Shown in pieces: positions 35,336-45,400 of a DNA stretch of 64,000 nucleotides. The stretch spans positions 1-64,000 of the forward strand of contig JAHDYR010000042.1 of the NCBI GenBank assembly GCA_019828565.1. Reading direction: 5' to 3'. The position numbers and the translations under genes were made by a program. Origin of the DNA: Carpediemonas membranifera BICM. Lineage: Eukaryota; Protista; Fornicata. The notes under the pieces were generated by a model, which was not told where the DNA came from, did not search any database, and saw nothing but the letters and a program-made list of their open reading frames with translations. Numbering within the stretch: the stretch's first letter is position 1; each line of letters opens with the position of its first letter.

Positions 35336-38300
35336 GGTGTGGTCAGTCCTGGACACAAGGGAACCAATAAAGACTTTAGAGAGAATACTGCCATATCCTG
35401 CACCAAATGTGCAGGATAATACCTGTTGTGACCTGAGTCACACCACACTGCCCCTCCAAGGGTCATCTTGATAGAGATGAGCCTTGACAAAAGTATGTAA
35501 GGTGAGCTGTTGCGTCTGGTGACGCGACATGTGACGGAACCTTCGTTGCTCGATGTCATAATGTTTTGAGATATCAAAAAGATATTCCGACACCACATGT
35601 GGACCGCACGGCCGACCGTTCGGCTCTAAGCTGTCCGATGTACTTGCTGCGATGAAGGAACTGATGTGGTGGCTGGGTTGTAGATGTTACTGCCCCTCCA
35701 CGGTCGTCTAAGTGACGGCCGTAACACATGTAGGCAATGATTGGGAAGTTGCTGCGGCGGCGAAGAAACTGATCGAATCAGAAAGAGAAACCACCTGGTG
35801 AAGACTAAAAAAAAACCCCGAAACCGGAAGAAAAAAGGTCATTGCTGAGTAAAATCTGAGCTGTCTGAAGCGCTCAAAGGGGTTTGGGAAGAGAACCACC
35901 CGGCGCTCACGTAAAGGTGAAGCCGGAGAAAGCCACACTAGTTCGATTTGTGGCGACAGATGACTGCGCTGTGCATGCGCAACATTTCGTGTCGGGCTCA
36001 AGGTCCAGACGAAGCGACCAAACCTGTCGAAAGACTGGTCAGGCGCGTTTGTTCTGACGGCTCTATAATAGCCACGTATGGCATGACGCTGTACGTCTTT
36101 GAAAAGGGACTGTCTCTTGGGACGTATCCAACCACACTTAAGCAAAAGCTTAAGGTAGCAGGCTACTCTATTACTGACACTCATCTATAGGACAACTCGG
36201 TCCTCGATGCAGGGTCTCATCGGTCAAGCCTCTAACCGTAAGCTTGGCCACCCCATCGCCTCCAACTGTGGTCTTGGGGCCGGTCTAACCCGTCCACCAT
36301 TTGGACATATACCATTCAAACGACGGTACTGCTCCGAACACAACCGTTCTCCGGGATGACGTGTCGGACTGCGGGTTTCAACCCTGGCCCACTGACTCGT
36401 TGCGGCTCATGTTCCATCATAGTCTATCATAGACTGCCTGCCGTGTATTCAGGCTTATGAATGAGTCGGGCTTACCTATCGAACGATGGCCTAGGCTCAC
36501 AACCATTCAAGACAACAGCACAGCGATGAGCACCCGACTGGGCTCAGCTCTAACTCGCTGGTGTGTAATCATGACTAATCGCTGTCAGCGAGCGCCGTTA
36601 ATCGGCCTGGCTCAGACCTGATAGCTTAATAGAAGAGTGTTGAACGACACTCGTGTGCTAGAGCATACATGCTCGCTAGCTGACTCAGAACATGCTCCGT
36701 AACAACCGTACTTGCCACATGGCCTTTCCGGACGCTCAGGTGTGCAGAGCCCGTCGGCAAAGCATCCATTACCCGAACCTTAGATGGCGGTCCCAAGGTG
36801 TCACACACAGCCGTGTTGTCGTCGGGCGTGCACTCCCTCAGACTCACCGCACCGTGGATCAACGCTCAGCTGACCACTACCACCCGTCCACAGACCTACT
36901 GGTCTGGATCGCGATATATATCAAGTTGTTGGGATCCCTATGTAAGTAAGCGACACCCCTATACTGGCTAACTGCCAAGGCGGTGCAAAATAGAGATGTC
37001 GAACGACAGCTCAAAGGCTTGTAGACACTCATGTGCTATACAAAACCTACCTGGCCTCTGCGCCTACTCAGAGCATGCAAGATGCTCCGTTGTTCGACAC
37101 AGCTCACTGGCCGTCTCCACCGAGGATTAACCTCCTGGTGAGACCGATTGGATGAACTACGAACGTAGTTTCGACGAGTTATAAATGTACATGTAACGTT
37201 AAAGCGCACCGGTGCTGACTGAACATGGGTAACCTACCTTCCGGTACAGGTTGGGTGTTAGGCTGAGTACGCTTGACTCAGGATACTATGAAGTGCTTCT
37301 TGCACTAGTAGATGACTGTCGGCACAGCTTATGTCACAAGCCTGGCTGACATTGCGAAGGCTTGACTGCTGTGACGGCTATTCGGCACTAGAACTGTCCG
37401 CTTCGAGATGAGCGACGACTCATTGGCCACTCGATCGTGTGTCGCATCACTACATGATGCTGTCAATTGACGGTAGCTGGACATTGCTCAGGCGGCTGGG
37501 GATGTCTCTCGTACTTGCGGGTGGACTCACTCGCTCGGCCGAGGCGGATGGTTAAACATCGGGTGTGTACTGCTTGGGCTAACCCTTGCTCGCGGGCACG
37601 GCTCCTACGTAGCATAAGTATACGCGGTTGATTAGGTCATCCGCTGATGACTGTCGACCTAGGCTGGCTGTCTAGTGTCCGGGACATGGGTAGCAGAGTG
37701 CTCGGGAGACAGACCTGTCTCAGGGGCATACGGAAACTCTGCAACGTTTGCTTAGTGTAAACGACGATACAATCCACGATAAGTGGAGACTCTAGGAAGT
37801 GGGTGAACCACGGGTTGAGATGCATCGACACTACCCTCCATCTGGCTGAGTCTCTAGTTGCTGGCTGACCTGACGGGTCGCAAGTATTGTGCTAAACGCG
37901 CTTGGTTCGTCTCTCGCTGGCGCGAATGAGAGTCATTACGACCTCTCTCGAGTGTCCTGTGACACCGAGTAACATGCAAGGTTGATTGAAGAGGCTGTAG
38001 GGCACTGTCACCCCGACTGGGTGGTGCCTGAAGATCCCACAGATGTGAAAGGAAGGTTAAGTTCGTGAGGCAAGGCGCTGCCAAGCTCTTAGTTCCACTG
38101 CTAGTCAGCAGGCGTCGAAGGTGTATCCGCCCTCCTGTGGCGGAGACTTATGGGTAACCGGTGCGAACACGCACCGTGGGTGGACTTTTAGTCCTGGTAT
38201 TGGCCTCGTATGTCAGTACGAGAGGGCTTATCTGGCTTAGTGTTGATACTGCGGACGTCTTCGAGGGTGACTGCTGGGTCTACCGCTCGTCAAGAAGGTT

Positions 38301-38410
38301 ATCAGCCTCCTCCATAGCTCTGTCTCCTAGTAGAGATATCATGTGGCGACGTGACGACATGAGTTAGATACGATATGAGTACTCTGCAGCATGACATGAC
38401 GGATACCTTA
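35336..38410. other. ORF-poor ~3.07-kb insert replacing the RT C-terminus of the gypsy element
   Basis: RT stops after YVDD..FLKNLR (~38411) and pol resumes at EAVKTELL (~35335); no recognisable ORF in six frames. Confidence 0.7.
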
Positions 38411-40251
38411 CCCGGAGGTTCTTCAAGAAGGTGTTCCTATCCTTCCCATATATGATGACGTCGTCCACGTACGCTAAGGCCTGAGTGTACAGGCTGTCAC
38501 TGAGAACGGCTTCGAGAGCCCGTTGACACTGGATAGGGGCATTCTTCATTCCAAACGGCATGCGGCAGTACTCAAATTTCCCCAGGCCATCCACTGTGAA
38601 GGCAGTATACTTGCAACTATCACTAGCCATGGGAACTTGATGAAAAGCCGATTTCAGGTCTAAAGCCGCGAAGAATTTTGCTCCCTCGAGGTGATCCAGG
38701 AGGTTGTCTATCAGTGGCAGGGGGTGACTGTCAGGCGAGGTGATGAGATTGAGGGCTCGGAAATCTAGGCATAGTCGTAGGGCTCCGCCCCTTCTTAGCC
38801 ATGACTATCGGGTTGTTGAATGCCGATGTGGATCTCCGGATGATACCCTGGGCCTCTAGTTCATGGACTTGGCGCACAATCTCGGTCCGTACAGGTGTGG
38901 AATAGCGGTAGGGGTAGACGTTAATGACTTTGTCTGGGTCTTCGGTCTTGACCTTGAAGGGGGGCAGAGTTGATGTCACGGACAGATCTTCCTCGAAGAG
39001 GCCAGGTAGATCTTGCAAGATTCGCGATATCTGCTCCTCGAACTTCATGATCGTAGGTGTTGTGGTCTCAGTTGCGTCATGTAGGGCATCCACATCGAAC
39101 ATGTCGTCGTAATCATCCCCAACCTCCACAATGAGGTCGTCAGCGGGGAATTGGATCAATCCGGCGGACACGAGCAAGGGGAACCCAATGACTGTAGGAG
39201 CTGGGAGCTTTTCGCGCATGATAATGAACTTTGTCTTGATCGTGAGCTTGTGGCCAGTGGCGGAGGGGAACTCACAGTCAGCCGTCATTACATGGGTCGT
39301 ATTAACCTTCTGTCCAGTGAACAACTGGACCTGATGGGACTCGAGTGAAGGCTCAATGGGCAGCGAGGAAGCTAGCTCTTCTGAGATAAAGTTGGCCGTG
39401 GCGCCAGTGTCGTACAACGCAGATGAGGGGCACTGCAGGAGGCGGATCGGGAACAGGGGACGAGCAGAGGCTTGGCTAGGCTTACCTTGGGTCAGAGCTG
39501 CGAGGAGAAAGTCAACGTATGCCTGCCCTTTACTCTTGGACCGGCGACCTTCTCTCTCCGCTTGCTCAGCCTTTCTGGCTTGCGCAATAGCTGCCTGAGC
39601 CGTTCGTTCAAACGATCGCTTGTCCTTGTAGGTGGCGCAGCGCTCACGTAGACGGTCTCCGCGCACGTTGGTCAGGAACTTCTGAACTAACGAAGACTCC
39701 TTCGGACGGACATGCGCGCAGTTCATAATCATCCGCGAGTAAAGGAACACATAGGTTAGCATGGACTCGTAGAGGTTACCGTCGGGGAACTTGATATCGT
39801 CGAACCGGTCGAGAGCATCTTGCTTATCAAGGGGGGCGAAGATGCGGTTCACGCGATCAATAAAAGCCTCATTCCAGTCTTCGGGAGGGGGAGCCAGCTC
39901 ATTGTCATCATCGGAAGAGGATGAGTCGGAGTCGTCAGACGTGTCTTCGTCCTCTTCTTCTTCTGCAGGCGCGGCGGCGACCATAGCGATCTGGCCTACA
40001 TTCTCCTCGGCCACTTCAGGCACACGAGGAGATTCAAGTGCCGCGCGCGCTTCTGCGATAAAGGCATGGAGCTCAGGATCACTCAGCTCCAGGAGCTGAA
40101 TAACAATGGGGCTAATGAGACTGAAGATCGGAATTTCGGAGTTCGTGCGGGCGTTAAAAGAACGGTAATTGTCTCGGAACGAGTACCATGATTTCGGCTT
40201 AGCCGAATTCAACCATGGGGCCAAAAAGTTAGACAGGGCGTCAATGTTCAT
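38411..40251 (-). CDS. Gypsy gag-protease-RT (N-terminal part; +1 frameshift at ~38790)
   Basis: ALYDTGATANFI, PYRYS, SAFNNPIVM, LCLDFRALN, LDLKSAFHQ, MPFGMKNAP, YVDD. Confidence 0.9.
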
Positions 40252-40284
40252 CGGGAAAGTAGCCTTAATCGAAAGTTATATAAC

Positions 40285-40401
40285 TGTGACGGGCAGGGGA
40301 CAGGAACACCGAAGGGAAACGATGAACTAACTTTAAATTGACTTTGACGATCATTGACCAATCATAAAAGAACTGATTGGGACAGCTAACACAACGTGAC
40401 A
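40285..40401 (-). repeat. 5' LTR (117 bp)
   Basis: Direct repeat of 33249-33360. Confidence 0.95.
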
Positions 40402-40608
40402 ACATTGTCTTCTGAGGGCGGAGGAATTCGCGCATCAGGCGCTCATCTGTCCTTTGTCCTCTGATGTGGCGCTCAAGCGCCTCGTTGGCACGTTCGAGCG
40501 TGAGGCTTGCGGTGAATGCGCGGTCCGTTGCCGCGGCGTGCAGAATGGCGACAGCATTAGCAACATGAACATCACGGCGGGAAGCTCCCGATCTGTGGCC
40601 CGGTCCGA
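40402..40608 (-). mobile_element. 5' fragment of CRE copy D
   Basis: FGPGHR..SRRDVHVANAVAILHAAATD matches the CRE N-terminus. Confidence 0.85.
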
Positions 40609-41276
40609 ACCAAGGACATGTAGTGCAAGCGAAATGTTGTAAGGGGTAACAGGACAACCAGGCCCAGTCAGCCTGGGGGAACACCGCCCATGCCCTGACC
40701 CACGCCACCTAACCGGGGTAGACAGCATGGACTTAGTCACTTTCCCCGCCTTCGGGTAGGCTTCTTAACAGAGTCGAGGGGGCATGGAAATGGTGAACCG
40801 GACAGACGAGAGGGTGCCGTGGCTGAACGGCTCTACAAGGACTGCAGGGAAGCAAGGAGTGTCATAGTCAAGGTCCTGCAGGACGATCCTGCCTGTAGTG
40901 CACCTGATTCATTATTTTGATTTGGTCCTCATTGGTCTTTGTTGACACACGTGTGTCGTAATAAAGCACTTCCTCTTCTTCCTGGTGTACCACACTGCCT
41001 GTCAATGCCCCGAGGACAGACCCCCAGGCTCCCCGGATAGTTGCCGGACTTTCAGGGAGACAGGAAAGCATATTTGCACGGAGATGGCCGCAGGGCCTCT
41101 GGGGCGATTGGAATCGGCTTTCCGCGGAGACAGTAGCACCGAAAGCCCAAGGCAAACGCTGCTGACCAGTTTGCCATGGGAAATAGGCAGTACCCCGGGG
41201 CACTCAGCTCCAAGACAACGGGAAACAAGCTCAGCCCGGGGTCAGTCACCAAGCACCATAAATTTCTTCTTCTTCT
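40608..41276 (+). mobile_element. 5'-truncated 3'-end copy of the MAEL/APE element
   Basis: Reverse complement of ~22165-22725; ends GCACCATAAATTT(CTT)n. Confidence 0.9.
40894..40994. mobile_element. Putative 101-bp solo LTR of a second family
   Basis: TGTAGTGCACC...GGTGTACCACA termini, 5-bp TSD CTGCC, internal AATAAA; absent from the homologous site near 22440. Confidence 0.75.
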
Positions 41277-41552
41277 GAAGGTTCTGATCGTAACAGGATC
41301 TAGATCAGATAGGAACAGATGATTCTGCGTTATCATTTTCCAGGAGTGATCACTGTGCCGGATGGCAGCAGAAAACGGGGAAATCCATTTACCTTAAAGT
41401 GCACTGGGAGTGAGGGAGATGCTGTGACACTGTACTTACCGTGTGATATGTTCGCAGGTGGCACCAGCCTGCTGTCCACAGAGTAGTAGGATCATTTACG
41501 TATGCTACAAAACTGCAGGGTTGCTCGCTGACCGTATATGGGGGGGGGGGCT

Positions 41553-42098
41553 CTAGTCACGGTCAGCGAGATGGGCCCGGAGCTCCATCAGAAGTTGCCC
41601 AAGCATGTTCACACCGGTTCCACGGGCCCCACAGCCCCAGAAGTAGTCACGCGGAGAATCCTCCACAAGCCACCGTGTGCCCGTCTCGAGCAGGGCGGCG
41701 CGCCACTCATCGTTCTGCTCGGCCTTCATGAGAAGGGCGTCACGCATGACATCTACGCGGCGGGTGTTCCACGTCTCTGTGTCCTCAGAAGACATACGGA
41801 AGCCATGCGGGCCTCCGAGTCTCTTGGCCTCGCGCGGTGTGGCTGCCATTGCGATGGTGAGATGCTCCTCAGACCCATACGGAAACTTGCAAGCTTGGAA
41901 GTAGTGCTCAACAGTGTTATACCGTACAGATCCGTTGCAAGTGAAGCCATAGCTTCCGAAGTTGGAGAATATGCTGTTCTTTGAGTAGAACCAGATGGTC
42001 TCCGCGGAATTCAGCGCTTTCCAATTGCGTTTGTTGTATGCAGTGCTCTTAGTAGTGTCACTCGTCGATTTCACACCCGATGCTGCCTTTTTCGCCAT
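41553..42098 (-). CDS. NADAR (YbiA-like) N-glycosidase
   Basis: FSNF, TVEHYFQACKF, PREAKRLG, K..QN, LLETG..LVEDSPRDYFWG, G.NMLG.LLM.LR. Confidence 0.92.
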   Translation of the reverse strand: MAKKAASGVKSTSDTTKSTAYNKRNWKALNSAETIWFYSKNSIFSNFGSYGFTCNGSVRYNTVEHYFQACKFPYGSEEHLTIAMAATPREAKRLGGPHGFRMSSEDTETWNTRRVDVMRDALLMKAEQNDEWRAALLETGTRWLVEDSPRDYFWGCGARGTGVNMLGQLLMELRAHLADRD

Positions 42099-42432
42099 TC
42101 GATGCTTTTCTGTGTCTCATCGGCGAGATCACACCACCAACTGGTCAAATCCGGCAATATAATCAGTCATGGTATTGGCCGAATTCATGTGGCATGTGTG
42201 GTGTGGACCAGCCAGGGTAACTGACGATAGATTGCGCGTTGTGCGCTTCAGCTGGTGTTGGGTTGGGCATCTCCAATGAGCGGCTTTGCTGGAAGACTGG
42301 GCCAAGCCGCGTTTGCTGCCAGTTGCGGTCACAAACAGCATAAATTTTGATCAATCATAGAAATGCTGCTTTATTCTTTGTATCGAATTATACCGGAGAA
42401 AACATAAAAGTGCTGTTATAAAACACAACACA

Positions 42433-45400
42433 CTACCCCGACTCTGCCCGGGTGACGCCGAGGAAGTCGCCGAGGAGCGTATCTGGGATGATCTGGTCCC
42501 GGGGGATCATGTCGAGCAGACCGGACACCATCTTTTCATCGTCGGAAAGACGGCGGAAAATGGGGTGGAACACCACGCGGTACGAGGCGAGCAGCACGGT
42601 GATACCCAGGAGGAGCAAGGGCACCTGGCCCAGCCAGAAGCCGTAGTGGAACGCGGTGATTGCGTCCGCGACAATGCTCGTGTTCTCGTCATACAGATCG
42701 CCCAGCGGGACGGCCAGCTGGGTCGCCGAGAGGAAGTCCGCGCCCTCCAGCCCGCCGATGCTGATACACTCACCGCTGTACGCCGGGTCGAGCCCGTCCG
42801 CGGAGTAGCGGAAGGATGCGAGCACCTCTCTCGGGGTGGCACCGAACGTGCTGTTGTCGAGCGTGCGGTCGTCGGTGCGGTCACCCGAGACGCCTGTGAC
42901 CGACAGGAATAGGTCGAAGTCGTTGAGCTGCTGAGTCAGGTCCCGGATGGCGTCCATTGACTCGGCGGCAGCGACATAGCCGTGGTTGCTAAGAGACGGT
43001 TTGGTCGCGATGTCGAAGAGGCGAGACGCCGCGTCGAACAGGTATGCTGCCCGCGATGCCTCGTCCGCAATGAGGACGGTCCTCGACACTGGGAAGTAGA
43101 GCAGGCCGGTGTAGGCGATGAAGAGGGACAGCACCACGGCGATCACCCAGAGCGTGCTCGTGGAGATGCGTCGGAACTTCAGGATGCGGGGCAGCTCGAG
43201 ATGCTGGCGGACGACGTTGATCTTCTGCAGTGCTGGGGGCGTGGCGATCTGGAGGACGAAGCGGCAGAACATGTAGTAGGTGCAGATTACGGCGCACACG
43301 AAGCCGATGAAGACGCCGATGAGCATGATGACCTCAGTGCCCTGGGTGTCAACGATGTCGTTCGAGTAGGCTGAGAACATGTCACGGAGCGAATCTAGCT
43401 CCGATCGCATTGAATCAATAAGATATTCGAACTTATCATCGAACAAAAGGGATCTTGAGAGCGCAGCCTGCGTGTCACTGCTGAGCGTCGCGTCGTACGT
43501 CGAGTTGTGGTACACCGCCCGGCCCGGGAAGCTGAGCAGGTCCGACGCGTAGCCAGGCTCCGCTGCCCCGTCGTACTCGTAGTTATGCAGGGATGGGGCG
43601 ACAGTTGCGGGGACGGCGGCTGCCCAGATGCCGAGCTGCGCGGACACCCTCGTGAGGTTGACCATCGCCGTCCAGTGGGAGCGGAAGGAGGCGACGGTAG
43701 CTGTAAACTGCTCGTCGACGTCGTCGTCGACGAGCACAAAGAGGGTTGGGTCGACTGCGATGGCATCCTCAACTTCTTCGAGCCGGGCGGTCTCGAAGTG
43801 CTGCGAGAAGAGGCGGGATGCCCTGAGCACCCCGCGGAGGGCGACGCTGAAGTCCGAGGCATCGGACAGAAAGTCGTGCTTGACCTGGCTCTGGTCGTTC
43901 AGTGTCAGCGTCCGGGTCCCGATGTTGTCGGCGACGAAGTTGAGGGCGACTGAGAGGCAGAGGAGGATGATGATCATGATGAAGACGTTGAGGAAGAGGT
44001 TCTTCCCCAGGGCGTTCATCCGCCCCAGGAAGGACTTGTCTTGGCTGATCGCCGCGATCTTCTGCTCGTTGCCCTCAAAGATCGTTGTTGCCTCGGATGC
44101 GTCCCGCATGAGAGAGCTGAGCCCGACACTGAAGGCGTTCGTGCCGGACCGCGTGCTGCGGGCGATCGATACGACGCTGAAGGCAGGCGAGTGGGCGGAG
44201 TCGACGCTCATGACGTCGGGCGATCGTGTCTGCGACCTCAGTGACAGCAGCGAGGCCCGTGAGCGTGAAACGACGTCTGCCCGGTCTAGTGCTTTCCGCA
44301 GCGAGTCCGTACTCTCGCCGAGGGCGACGATGGCCGGGTGCCGGACGACCTCGCCGTTCATCGCGTCGAGACCGAGCCGGTACATCTCGCGGATGACGTC
44401 GAGCCGGTTGATGTCGACGACCTTCATGCGGAGGTTGATGAATAGCCCGACGACGAGGATGGCGGTGGCGAGGATGCGGAGGACGAGCAGCGTGGTGAGG
44501 GTGTAGCCCTGCACCTTGAGCACCGTGGCCTGCTCAGTCACGAGGGTCGACACCTCGGCTGTCGACCGGGCCAGCACGAACGTGCGCACGTCTAGGATGC
44601 CCGCCGTCGAGCCCGTCTTGAGCGCCCAGTACTTGTCATCTGCGATCACTGCCCGCGCGATCTCGATCTTGTCCGCCGGGTCGAGGGCCAGGTCCGCCGC
44701 GCTGTCGCTGTAGTAGCCCCACTTGGCTCGGTCGGGCCCGTACACCGCCCGGTCGGCCTGGTACGCCGTCTCCGCGGTGAGGTTGTAGGACCAGCCCGTC
44801 AGCTGGCAGCGGGACTCGGTACCCAGGCCCCAGGCCGACCGGGACAGCAGGATGCTGTTGGCCTCGAGGTAGGCCAGGGACCGCTCGGAGTTGAGCGCTG
44901 CGACCAGACCATCGTGGGTCGACCCGAGGTCGGACGCCGCGAGGGTGAGGGCATCAACCACGTCGGCCGTGCTGCTGTTGATCGCCCAGTAGTCCTGCTC
45001 CGTCTTCAGATAGCGGCCGTGGGCGACCCGCATGGCGTCCCAGGTTCGGGAGTCAAGGAGGTCCTGGAGCTCATCAATGACGAGCACCGTCTTGTCTGCC
45101 TCATCAAATGATGACCTGAGCTGGGGGTAGAGGTAGATGATGTACGATGACGTGCACACCAGCACGCAGATGATGCCGACGCCCACCGCCAGCATGGTCA
45201 CCAAGACCACCCAGATCAGCCGCAGCCGGAAGTGGAGCTTGCTGTGCATGCCGGCGAGGTCGGTGACGATCTCTGCGAGGTCGACGCCGTTGTCGTCCTT
45301 CATGAGCACGTACGCCTGGCTGTCCGTGTCCGTGCTGATGCGGAGGCTCTCGCCCTCGTCGTCGTCGTCGAAGTCGTCGAACTCCTGGTCTTCATCTCGG

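Larger units (their letters stand above)
33249..40401 (-). mobile_element. Ty3/gypsy chromovirus LTR retrotransposon
   Basis: TG..CA LTRs at 33249-33360 and 40285-40401; 5-bp TSD ACATT (33244-33248, 40402-40406); PR-RT-RH-IN-chromodomain order. Confidence 0.95.
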
